This document shows positions 38,633 through 46,900 of a stretch of 64,000 nucleotides of DNA, piece after piece. The notes beneath the pieces are model-generated. The model did not search any database. It was not told the DNA's origin and was given only the letters and a program-made list of their open reading frames with translations. This DNA comes from Candidatus Kerfeldbacteria bacterium (lineage in GTDB: Bacteria > Patescibacteriota > Patescibacteriia > SBBC01), in the NCBI GenBank assembly GCA_043799405.1, contig JAZDNT010000003.1:143461-207460 (forward strand), in the 5' to 3' direction. Position 1 is the stretch's first letter. Each line of letters starts with the position of its first letter. A program made the position numbers and the translations under genes.

Positions 38633-39784
38633 TCAAGCATGTGTGCGTTCCTGCAATACTTCCCGATACACCTGTAATGTCTCTCGGGCCGTCGCTTCCC
38701 ACGTAAACATCGCTGACCGGCGTTTCCCTTCTTCAATGAGCTTTTCGCGGAGCCGCTTGTTGCCGATGACCTTTGCGATCGCTTGCCCAATATCCCTGAA
38801 CCTCGCTGGGTTCACGAACACCGCCGCAGTTCCTGCGATCTCTGGAAGCGCGGAAACGCGGCTCGTCACGACCGGTACGCCTAAGCTCATTGCTTCGAGT
38901 ACGGGCAGCCCGAAGCCCTCGTAGACGGACGGGAACGCGAAAACGGCTGACTGTTCGATGAGCTGCAGCTTGTCCTGGTGCGGAAGGTAGCCCAAATAGC
39001 GCAGCCGATCGCCGAGTTTTGCGTCTTTGATCGCCCTGATGACATCCCCGTACTTCCATCCAGGCGTTCCCGCAAGCACGAGATCGACCTTCTTCATACC
39101 GGGAAGGTTCGCGACGGAAGAAAAACCCTTGATGAGATTGACCAGGTTCTTCCGCGGTTCGATCGTACCGACAAAACAGACATACGGGCGTTTTAAGCCG
39201 TACTTCTCGCGGACGTCGACGACGCCCCTTCCGACCCGCTCTCGCACGAACCCTTCGTACACGACCTTGATGCGCTTTTCAGCGATGCGGAACAGCTGGC
39301 GGACATCCTTCTTCGTCGCTTCCGAAACGGCGATTATCTTCTTTGCGCGCCTAATGCTCCGCGGAACGACGAGCTTCGTCGACAGGAACTGGCCTCTAGG
39401 GAACAGGCGCGGGTGCTTATAGATCGCGAGGTCATGCACGGTCACGACGGACCGGCCGCGGTACGTTAATGGCAACGACGTCGCGGGGGCATGGAACAGA
39501 TCGAGCCGCTCGCGCATCAGGAACCCGGTGATGAGGAGGTGCGTGTACCCGACCGGCAGGAACCGCCGGTACTGCGAGAACGGGAAAAACTTCACCTTGA
39601 CGTTTCCCTGCTCGAACTCCTGCGCTCTTTCACGCTCCACACGCGAATCGAAGAACAGCACGTACTCGTTCTTATGGTCGAGCTTTAGAAGCGTCTTCAC
39701 GAGGTAGTACGTGTAGTGCCCGATGCCGGCCTGTTCGCCCCGGCCTGGATTCAGTATTGTACGACAGTCGATCCCTATTTTCAT
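38633..39784 (-). CDS. Glycosyltransferase family 4 (GT-B, RfaB-like)
   Basis: 383 aa with the C-terminal EGFGLPVLEAMSLGVPVVTS motif (E-x7-E region) typical of GT4. Confidence 0.85.
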   Translation of the reverse strand: MKIGIDCRTILNPGRGEQAGIGHYTYYLVKTLLKLDHKNEYVLFFDSRVERERAQEFEQGNVKVKFFPFSQYRRFLPVGYTHLLITGFLMRERLDLFHAPATSLPLTYRGRSVVTVHDLAIYKHPRLFPRGQFLSTKLVVPRSIRRAKKIIAVSEATKKDVRQLFRIAEKRIKVVYEGFVRERVGRGVVDVREKYGLKRPYVCFVGTIEPRKNLVNLIKGFSSVANLPGMKKVDLVLAGTPGWKYGDVIRAIKDAKLGDRLRYLGYLPHQDKLQLIEQSAVFAFPSVYEGFGLPVLEAMSLGVPVVTSRVSALPEIAGTAAVFVNPARFRDIGQAIAKVIGNKRLREKLIEEGKRRSAMFTWEATARETLQVYREVLQERTHA

Positions 39785-39792
39785 ATAGTCCT

Positions 39793-39855
39793 ATGTTCAA
39801 TCCCCTCTTCTGCCCGAGGAGAGGGGTGCCCGAAGGGCAGGGTGAGGTGGGAGGT
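39793..39855. repeat. Compound hairpin repeat, variant 3
   Basis: CCCCTCT...AGAGGGG, then TGCCC-gaa-GGGCA, then GGGTGAGGTGGG, lying between the GT4 gene start and the argS stop. Confidence 0.6.
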
Positions 39856-39884
39856 CCTGCAGTCAATGCCTACTCTCATACGGT

Positions 39885-41516
39885 TCACATCGTTGTCGGG
39901 GCAGAGATCCCCATAAGTTTTAATGTCGTTGCAAGCGTCTGCTGCGTCGCGGTCACGAGCGCGAGCCGCTGCTCGTCGACTGTGCCGTTGTCAATGACGC
40001 GCACCTTTCCGTAAAAGTCATGGAACGACGTTGCGAGATCGGTAGCGTAGAACGGGAGCTTGTGCACGTCGTACGTCGTTGCGATGTCGGAAACGAGCTC
40101 TGGGAGGCGGAGGAGTTGCTTGATAAGCGCGAGCGCCGACGGTTCAGTGATCGCCGCACCTTTCGTCCGCGGCAATCCTTTCGTCTTCTTAACTATACTG
40201 CAAATCCTCGCATGCGCATACTGCACGTAGTAGACCGGATTCTTTTCGCTCCGTTCTTTCGCTAGGGTAAGGTCAAAATCCATGTGCGTGTTCGCGGCGT
40301 GCATGAGGAAGAAGAACCGCGTCGCATCGATGCCGACCTCGTCGACAAGTTCCTCGATCGTGACGAAGTTCCCGGCGCGCTTCGATACCTTAACCTCAAC
40401 GCCGTCCTTGATGAGGCGCACGAACTGCACGATGACGATGTCAAGCCTGCCTTTGTAGCCGAGCGCATCGACCGCTGCCTGAAGACGGCGCTGGTAGCCG
40501 TGGTGGTCGGCACCGAGGAACAGGATCTCGCGGTCGAACCGCCGATCATGGAACCGGTTCCATCGCAACGCGACGTCGGATAAAAAGTACGTCTTCTCTC
40601 CGTCGGACTTGATGAGTACGCGGTCCTTATCATCGCCGAACTGGGTCGTCCGGAACCACGTTGCTCCGTCCTGTTCGTAGAGCAACCCTCTCTCGCGCAG
40701 AAGTTCGAGCGCCTTTTCGTCGAGCTTTTGATCATGGAGTTCTGACTCCCTGAACCAGTGGTCGTACTGGATGCCGAGCTTCTTATCGGCAACGCGCTGA
40801 AGACCATTGATCATCATGGTAATGACCCTTCCCTGGATGCGCTTCTTGAGCTCTGCAGCGTTCGCGAGCTTGTACCGTTCGAGGTGGAGCTTACGAGCAA
40901 CGTCAGTAACGTACTCGCCCTGGTACAGGTCTTCCGGATAATCGACGTTGATGCCCTGGACCTGGAACGATCTTCTGATGACCGATTCAGCGAGCTTGCC
41001 GACCTGCACGCCAACGTCATTCACGTAGAACTCGCGGAATACCCTGTACCCGGCGTGTTCCATAACGTTCGCAATGGTATCGCCGGCAAACCCTCCGCGA
41101 CCATTCGCAAGCGTCATTGGTCCTGTCGGGTTCGCGGAGATGAACTCAAGAAGAACGCGCTGTCCATCGCCGATCTGGAGCGTTCCGTACGTCTTCCCCT
41201 CACGGATGATGGTTGCGACCTGACGCTGGAGCCACGACGGTGCAACAAAAAAATTGATGAAGCCGGGCTGTACCACCTCGACGCGATCGATCCCGGGGAT
41301 CGTTCCGAGACTCTCCTTGAGCTTTGTCGCAATGCGCAGTGCGCTGTCCCTTACGACAGGCGCAAGCTGCATCGCGAAGTTCGTCGCGTAGTCGCCGTTC
41401 TTCGCATCGGCCGGCACCTCGACCCGTACAGCAGGCGGCTGCTGCCTGTACTCTTCAAACAGAACGCTAGCTACCAAGGAAAGCTTCTGCCGCAATATCT
41501 GTGTCATGGTTTTCAT
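39885..41516 (-). CDS. argS: Arginyl-tRNA synthetase
   Basis: SANPTGPMTLANGRG (HIGH-region equivalent), GADHHGY and the C-terminal anticodon-binding DALR domain. The likely start is MKTMTQIL (ATG 41516), and the ORF is open to 41645. Confidence 0.93.
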   Translation of the reverse strand: MKTMTQILRQKLSLVASVLFEEYRQQPPAVRVEVPADAKNGDYATNFAMQLAPVVRDSALRIATKLKESLGTIPGIDRVEVVQPGFINFFVAPSWLQRQVATIIREGKTYGTLQIGDGQRVLLEFISANPTGPMTLANGRGGFAGDTIANVMEHAGYRVFREFYVNDVGVQVGKLAESVIRRSFQVQGINVDYPEDLYQGEYVTDVARKLHLERYKLANAAELKKRIQGRVITMMINGLQRVADKKLGIQYDHWFRESELHDQKLDEKALELLRERGLLYEQDGATWFRTTQFGDDKDRVLIKSDGEKTYFLSDVALRWNRFHDRRFDREILFLGADHHGYQRRLQAAVDALGYKGRLDIVIVQFVRLIKDGVEVKVSKRAGNFVTIEELVDEVGIDATRFFFLMHAANTHMDFDLTLAKERSEKNPVYYVQYAHARICSIVKKTKGLPRTKGAAITEPSALALIKQLLRLPELVSDIATTYDVHKLPFYATDLATSFHDFYGKVRVIDNGTVDEQRLALVTATQQTLATTLKLMGISAPTTM

Positions 41517-41662
41517 AGCGGGTGTAGTATACCGAATCACGAAAAAAATAAGAAGCAACCTAGCGCCTTCACTATGTACACATACTGCCCCAAACACACA
41601 GAAAGGCGTAATATTGTACAAAGATATGTGCGTCAATAAGGACAATACGGTAGACTATTGTT

Positions 41663-42112
41663 ATGCCTAACCTCGCCGAGAACCGCTATGCGCGCCACGA
41701 GTACCAAATCCTCGAGACCTTCGAGGCAGGCATTATTTTGTCCGGCGCAGAAGTGAAATCCGCTAAAGCCGGACAGATCAACCTGCGCGGAAGCTACGTT
41801 ACGGTCCGCGACAATGCCGCATGGATCGTCAACATGCACATTGCTCCCTACCAGAAGGCGAACCAGCCGCAGGGTTACAACCCGACGCGCACGCGCAAGC
41901 TCCTCCTCCAGAAGCACGAGATCGATTCCCTCATCGGAAAATCGAAAGCGCAGGGCCAGACAGTCATTCCCCTTTCGGTATATACGAAACGCGGTATCGT
42001 GAAGGTCGAGCTTGCGCTCGCTCGGGGGAAAAAAGCACACGACAAACGAGCGGGTATCAAGAAACGTGAGGCCGATCGGGATATAGCACGAGCGATACGG
42101 CAAAAACTATAG
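41663..42112 (+). CDS. smpB: SsrA-binding protein
   Basis: 149 aa. NRYARHEYQILETFEAGIILSGAEVKS ... LLLQKHEI and a basic C-terminal tail, typical of SmpB. Confidence 0.93.
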   Translation: MPNLAENRYARHEYQILETFEAGIILSGAEVKSAKAGQINLRGSYVTVRDNAAWIVNMHIAPYQKANQPQGYNPTRTRKLLLQKHEIDSLIGKSKAQGQTVIPLSVYTKRGIVKVELALARGKKAHDKRAGIKKREADRDIARAIRQKL

Positions 42113-42114
42113 CT

Positions 42115-42675
42115 ATGTCAGACGTCAACGACGCCCATCGGAACGAAACCGGAACTGCGCAGCGCGGTCACCATGGGGTCCGGACGGCACTGATCACATT
42201 CGGCATCGGCATTACAGCCGCCGTCATACTCATGCAGGTCGTATCGGCCGCGACGCTGGCTTCGCTCGTCCGCGAAACCGGCGTGCTAGGCATTTTCCTC
42301 GTCGGAGCGATGTATTCCATCAGTTTTACCAGCCCGACCGCAACGGTCGTACTCGTGAACCTCCACGGACAGTTCCATCCTCTCGTCATCGCGACGATCG
42401 GAGCGTTCGGTTCACTTGCTTACGACGAATTGATTTTCATTATTGCCCGTAAAGAAACCAAAACCAATGTTGGCGAACGACTCCACCGCGCTCTCGAGCG
42501 GTTACCGGTTCCCTCCTCATTGTGGTTTGTGATTGGAGGACTCATCATTGCCTCGCCGCTTCCGGACGAACTTGCCTCTGGAATGTTCGGTGCATTGGCA
42601 ACGTCGAAAAAACGATTCGCTGCCCTTTCCTTCTCTATGAACTTTATCGGTATCCTACTAGTGACGAGTTTCTAA
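42115..42675 (+). CDS. Hypothetical membrane protein
   Basis: 186 aa with 4-5 hydrophobic helices. It starts 2 nt after the smpB stop. Confidence 0.6.
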   Translation: MSDVNDAHRNETGTAQRGHHGVRTALITFGIGITAAVILMQVVSAATLASLVRETGVLGIFLVGAMYSISFTSPTATVVLVNLHGQFHPLVIATIGAFGSLAYDELIFIIARKETKTNVGERLHRALERLPVPSSLWFVIGGLIIASPLPDELASGMFGALATSKKRFAALSFSMNFIGILLVTSF

Positions 42676-42689
42676 TTATCACCGCGTGC

Positions 42690-42718
42690 TTGACGTGTTC
42701 GAGATAATCCACTATGCT
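42690..42718 (+). promoter_or_regulatory. Candidate sigma70-type promoter (CTTGACG-N17-TATGCT) upstream of the tmRNA
   Basis: TTGACG at 42690-42695, a 17-nt spacer, then TATGCT at 42713-42718, about 145 nt upstream of the predicted mature tmRNA 5' end. Confidence 0.35.
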
Positions 42719-42864
42719 CTCCCTTGCCGCCTTTCTCTAAACATTCTGTCGCGACGAGGACGACCCAGAATTCATTTCAGGGGAAGTCCGAGGAGCGACA
42801 CCTATAAGGGAAAGGGAGGCGTGGGAAGGGAAAACCGAAGGTTGTCCCTCCCAAGATACCCCAT

Positions 42865-43264
42865 GGGGATGTTCATCAGTCGATACAGCCTGTACTTTCT
42901 ACTACTGCACGGCGCAGCGCCAAGATCTGCGTAAAAATCCTGGAAACGATAAGTGCAAAGACACTTGCCAGCAAGCTTAGGATGTTGAAGGACAACTTCA
43001 CCGTTCCGCAGTTTGCCCCGGCATTCGCCTAAACAGCTGAATGCCCATCCGTCCGGTGATGCCGACGATCCGGATCCGGGTGTCATATCTATCGGCTGGA
43101 CAGTGCGATGCTCCAACGCGCTGTCGAGAACTTCGGAGATAGTGGCGGGTGTATCTGGTCCGCTTCCAAGCATCCGTTACGAACAACACTGAAGTGGACG
43201 AACCGTGTGGAGTGTGGTAGATTGTTGGTTGTAGACGCGGGCGTACGACCCGCCATCTCCACCA
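42865..43264 (+). ncRNA. ssrA: Transfer-messenger RNA (tmRNA)
   Basis: The 5' GGGGATG (42865-42871) pairs with CATCTCC (43254-43260), giving a 7-bp acceptor stem with a G3:U pair (the AlaRS determinant), followed by ACCA (43261-43264). The T-arm is GCGGG-cgtacga-CCCGC. An internal tag frame ends ...PQFAPAFA-TAA (stop 43030-43032). The gene lies next to smpB. Confidence 0.75.
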
Positions 43265-43289
43265 TGAACTACTCGCTACGCTCGAGTTC

Positions 43290-43904
43290 ATGAGTGACGC
43301 CAGACCCATGAGCGAGTGGTTCATGCCCAGATACCGGAGCAAAGCGACTGGTTCTGGGCACAACATCTTTACCAGTAACCCAGTTCCCATAACTACAAAA
43401 TTCCTCCGCGTCAACGGGCTGATCAGGATCCCTCAGGTCACGCTCATCGACGAAACAGGAAAATCGGTCGGGATCATACCCACTTCGGAAGCACTGCGCA
43501 TGGCGCAGGATCGAGGCTACGACCTCGTTGAGGTCGCCCCGCACGCGCAACCGCCCGTGTGCAAGCTTCTCGACTACGGCGCATACCAGTACCGTATCGA
43601 AAAGCAGGAGCGGAAGGCGAAGGCGCACCAGAAAAAGATCGAGCTCAAGGGCGTCAGGATCTCATTCAAGATCGGCGACCACGATCGGAACGTACGGCTC
43701 GAGACCGCAAAAAAGTTCCTCAACGAAGGCCACAAGGTGAAAATCGAGATGATCCTCCGGGGACGCGAGTTCGCCCACCAGGACCGGGCGCGGGACAACG
43801 TACGGCAGTTCATCGGTGACCTCGGTGAAGGAATTGTCGTCGAGCAGGCGCTCGGAAAATTGGGGAACAAACTGTCCTGCGTCATCATGAAAACATCGAA
43901 GTAA
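43290..43904 (+). CDS. infC: Translation initiation factor IF-3
   Basis: RVNGLIRIPQVTLIDETGKSVGIIPTSEALRMAQDRGYDLVEVAPHAQPPVCKLLDYG is the IF3 N-domain, followed by the C-domain. The true start is uncertain: homology begins near residue 33 of the ORF, and infC classically uses an atypical start codon. Confidence 0.88.
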   Translation: MSDARPMSEWFMPRYRSKATGSGHNIFTSNPVPITTKFLRVNGLIRIPQVTLIDETGKSVGIIPTSEALRMAQDRGYDLVEVAPHAQPPVCKLLDYGAYQYRIEKQERKAKAHQKKIELKGVRISFKIGDHDRNVRLETAKKFLNEGHKVKIEMILRGREFAHQDRARDNVRQFIGDLGEGIVVEQALGKLGNKLSCVIMKTSK

Positions 43905-43915
43905 CCACATTTTCC

Positions 43916-44140
43916 ATGAAGCTTAAGACTCACAAAGCAACAGCCAAACGGTTCCGCGTCACGAAGCGCGGGAAAATCCTAAAGCGCGCTGCTGGCCAGG
44001 ACCACTTCAATTCGCGTGATCCCGGACGCATCACGTTGCGCAAACGGCGCGACCGGACCGTCGCGAAGGTCGACACTCGGGCGCTCCGGCACCTTCTCCC
44101 CTACCAGCGGATAACACCGTCCGCAGGACGCAATTTTTAA
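43916..44140 (+). CDS. rpmI: 50S ribosomal protein L35
   Basis: MKLKTHKATAKRFRVTKRGKILKR is the canonical L35 N-terminus. The gene order is infC-rpmI-rplT. Confidence 0.88.
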   Translation: MKLKTHKATAKRFRVTKRGKILKRAAGQDHFNSRDPGRITLRKRRDRTVAKVDTRALRHLLPYQRITPSAGRNF

Positions 44141-44152
44141 ACTCAGACTACC

Positions 44153-44500
44153 ATGCGTATTAAACGAGGCGTCATTCATAAGAAGCACAAGCGGAACATC
44201 CTGAAGTACGCTAAAGGTTACCGTTGGCGCAGAAAATCATCGATCAAGCTCGGCAAGGTCGCAGTCACCCATGCGCTCTGGAACGCGTATAAGCATCGGA
44301 GGCTCAAGAAGCGCGAGATGCGTGCGCTCTGGCAGATCCGGATCAATGCAGGAAGCCGTGAGCTTGGCGTTTCCTACTCCCGCCTCATATCGATGCTCAA
44401 GGCGAAGAAGATCACACTGAACCGGAAGATGCTGAGCGAGCTCGCTGCAGAACATCCGAAGGTGTTCGCGGATATCGTGAAGCTCGCACAGGCGAAGTAG
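44153..44500 (+). CDS. rplT: 50S ribosomal protein L20
   Basis: 115 aa. RIKRGVIHKKHKRNILKYAKGYRWRR and INRKMLSELA are typical of L20. Confidence 0.93.
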   Translation: MRIKRGVIHKKHKRNILKYAKGYRWRRKSSIKLGKVAVTHALWNAYKHRRLKKREMRALWQIRINAGSRELGVSYSRLISMLKAKKITLNRKMLSELAAEHPKVFADIVKLAQAK

Positions 44501-44514
44501 TTTTCTCACAAGGT

Positions 44515-44543
44515 GAAGCCGGCCACACGGATGTGACCGGCTT
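44515..44543. terminator. Hairpin between convergent rplT and the PRTase-like gene
   Basis: GAAGCCGGCCACA-cgga-TGTGACCGGCTTC, a 13-bp stem with one mismatch, followed by TTAGGTT on the plus strand. Confidence 0.5.
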
Positions 44544-44571
44544 CTTAGGTTAGCGCGGGGCGGGTTCGGTC

Positions 44572-45162
44572 CTACTCAGGATCGATCAAGCCCTCTGCGA
44601 TGAGCTCACGTTCCGCGACATCCGCGGATCTCCCCTCGCTCTCCCAGAGGACGAAGTCGAGCCAGACGCTATCCGGCACGCCTTCTCCGGAGAAGGGCGA
44701 CGAGTTGCGAAACTGACTGTACGTACCGATGTCATTCGCATAGTACAGCGTCACGATGACGACGCTGACAGCGCCGAGGTTGTGCTCGAGATCTTGCTTG
44801 ACGTAGATGGCGGTCTCACCCTGGTGAAACCGGTCGTCCACGAGGATCCAGACGCGATTCCTGATGACAGCCTCGTCAGGACGGTGGTAGACCATGGGCT
44901 TGGCGTACGGCGCTCCGCCTCCATCAGGGTAGCGCCTGATGCCGTAGAACTCAACGCGCTCCCTGGGAATGCCGAACATCTTCGCAGCGAGGCGCGCAGG
45001 GATACGGCCGCCGTTGCCGGGGTAGACGATGCCGTATGCACGAACGTGATGCTTGCGCAGCGCGGCGACAGCTTCCTTGACTCGGGCGATGATCTCATCC
45101 TTCCTAACGACTCGGTGGGTTCTCTCCACCGGCATGCTGACTGCCTGAGGAATCGTTGTCAT
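44572..45162 (-). CDS. Phosphoribosyltransferase-like protein
   Basis: VWILVDDRFHQGETAIYV resembles the PRPP-binding loop of type I PRTases. ATG 45162 is preceded by SD GAAGGAG with an 8-nt spacer. The ORF is open to 45228. Confidence 0.6.
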   Translation of the reverse strand: MTTIPQAVSMPVERTHRVVRKDEIIARVKEAVAALRKHHVRAYGIVYPGNGGRIPARLAAKMFGIPRERVEFYGIRRYPDGGGAPYAKPMVYHRPDEAVIRNRVWILVDDRFHQGETAIYVKQDLEHNLGAVSVVIVTLYYANDIGTYSQFRNSSPFSGEGVPDSVWLDFVLWESEGRSADVAERELIAEGLIDPE

Positions 45163-45400
45163 GGATTGGTCTCCTTCAGCTCGGGGGGGAAAGTGGAACG
45201 TGGGTGTCGACGAGCAATGCTGCCTCATGCAGCAGATTTTTTTCCTCCTGTGGAATGCCAGACGAAACCGTCCGAATACAAAAAACGGCCGCAGCGCGGC
45301 CTTATGTGGTGGTTAGGGTGATGCGGAGTTTTCGATTAGGCTCCATAGGGAATCGTTATCATACTATCCGGAACTCCGCAAGAGCTCCGCCTGTGGATTT

Positions 45401-45766
45401 CTATAACCGGTAGCCGATAGATGCCCCGAGCGTAACGCCGAACGAATCGAGCGTCGTATCGAGCACGTTCCCGTCTCTCCCTGGCACGAAGGTCTGGTGA
45501 TACTCGTCGCTTGCCGCATACAGAACGCACAGCACAACGCTGAACACCAACGCGCGATTTCGTGACACTCTGTTCATCGCACATGCGCGGTACGCAAGCC
45601 ACCCGAGGATCGCGTATTCACCGGCATGCGCGATCTTTCGAAGCACAAGGTCCCACATCGGTTGGAGCCCCGAACGGAGGTCTGGAATTGATGAGAGCCA
45701 GAATATCAGCGCCATCCACAGAACCACAGCGATCCACGATAGCGGACGCGAACAGACGATGTTCAT
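45401..45766 (-). CDS. VanZ-like family membrane protein
   Basis: 121 aa with four helices. KIAHAGEYAILGWL and SDEYHQTFVPGRDGNVLD are typical VanZ blocks. Confidence 0.75.
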   Translation of the reverse strand: MNIVCSRPLSWIAVVLWMALIFWLSSIPDLRSGLQPMWDLVLRKIAHAGEYAILGWLAYRACAMNRVSRNRALVFSVVLCVLYAASDEYHQTFVPGRDGNVLDTTLDSFGVTLGASIGYRL

Positions 45767-46002
45767 AGCATCAGTCTACCATACTGCTCATATGCAGCTC
45801 GACAAGCTTCTCTTTTTCTGTTAGAATCAGTTTTGCTTTTTATCCAATGGGCCCATGTGGCGCCTGCCACGCACTTGCGAGTACAACGAGCATAGTGCGT
45901 GGGTAGCCCGGTTAACCCCGTACCAATCCTAGCTCTGCTCGAATGGTACGGGGCATGCACGTCGCCTTACAAATCACATTGAATAGTTGGGCTTTCTCGA
46001 CT

Positions 46003-46080
46003 GGGCCCATGGTGTAGCCCGGTTAACACGTCTCCCTGTCACGGAGAAGATCAGGGGTTCGAATCCCCTTGGGCCCGCCA
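46003..46080 (+). tRNA. tRNA-Asp (GTC), CCA encoded
   Basis: Manual fold: acceptor GGGCCCA/TGGGCCC, D-arm GTGTAGCCCGGTTAACAC, anticodon arm TCTCC-CTGTCAC-GGAGA (anticodon GTC), T-arm AGGGG-TTCGAAT-CCCCT, discriminator G, then CCA. Confidence 0.9.
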
Positions 46081-46365
46081 GTCGAGAAAGCCCAATGCCT
46101 CCCTGCGCTACCCCGTACTTGACGCGCAGCGGCACAGTACGGGGTCACGGAGGAGACTTGCCCCGTAAACTTACGCGAAGCGAATGTTGTACGGGGTCAG
46201 GGGTTTCCGGCAGAGCCGGATCTGACCTTGCCATGACGAATCCCTGCCTGCGCAAAGTCGAAGCTTCGCAACAGTAAAGGTAGGCTCTTGGGCACGCCAC
46301 TATACGAATGCTGAATGAAAAACCCGACTCACGTCGGATTTTTCATTTTTCGTTAAGTATAACGG

Positions 46366-46881
46366 TTATGGTAACAGTGCTGTGGCTGATCGGAGCTGTA
46401 TCGTTTGTGCTGCTATACTTCCATCGCTGTTCGCCGTTCCATTCGCCGTAATGTTCTTCCCGACCGTGAGATCACTTGACGTTCCTGCCACTGTTTTATC
46501 GATCGTTGTCGAGCTCGTGAAGTACACGACCTTCGTGCTGCCATCCTGCTGTTTGATGGTGACGCTCGTACTGTCACTGCTTATGATCTCCCCGCTGACC
46601 ATGCCACCGCCTCCCGTACGTCCGCCCGGGAATCCATTACCATTGATGAACCGAGAACCGTTCACGTTTCGATCCCCGATAGGTCCGCCGAACCCATTAC
46701 TGAGTCCAAGGCTCTGCAGCTTTGACTGCAGCTTATCGCCGGTAACGTTCTTGAGGGAATCCTGACTTTTCTGGAACATCATACCGCCGCTAAAACCGGC
46801 TGCGCCGACGACAATCGCTATGATGAGGGGAACGAGAAATCCGCCCTTCTTCGCTGGTTTGCTTGCTGGAATGTTATCCAT
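46366..46881 (-). CDS. Secreted Gly-rich protein with a DUF5666-like C-terminal domain
   Basis: 171 aa with an N-terminal TM/signal segment, a Gly/Asn-rich linker, and then GEIISSDSTSVTIKQQDGSTKVVYFTSSTTI...TANGTANSDGSIAAQTIQL. Confidence 0.6.
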   Translation of the reverse strand: MDNIPASKPAKKGGFLVPLIIAIVVGAAGFSGGMMFQKSQDSLKNVTGDKLQSKLQSLGLSNGFGGPIGDRNVNGSRFINGNGFPGGRTGGGGMVSGEIISSDSTSVTIKQQDGSTKVVYFTSSTTIDKTVAGTSSDLTVGKNITANGTANSDGSIAAQTIQLRSATALLP

Positions 46882-46900
46882 ATGTGGTTTTCATGATTAA

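Noticed and set aside
42780-42795. GGGGAAGTCCGAGGAG, reminiscent of the RNase P RNA GAGGAAAGUCCGGG core
   Set aside because: The other universally conserved RNase P blocks, such as ACAGAANCCGGCUUA and the AGGGUGAAAGGGUGCGGUAAGAGC-type region, are absent nearby. It lies in the tmRNA leader.
42802-43414. Minus-strand ORFs 42802..43173 and 42998..43414, and plus-strand ORF 42686..42934
   Set aside because: They overlap the predicted tmRNA and its leader and have no SD or family resemblance. The region is better explained as an RNA gene.
45763-45960. 65-aa minus-strand ORF upstream of tRNA-Asp
   Set aside because: It lies over the tRNA-half duplicate and hairpin repeats and has no SD. The region is treated as non-coding.
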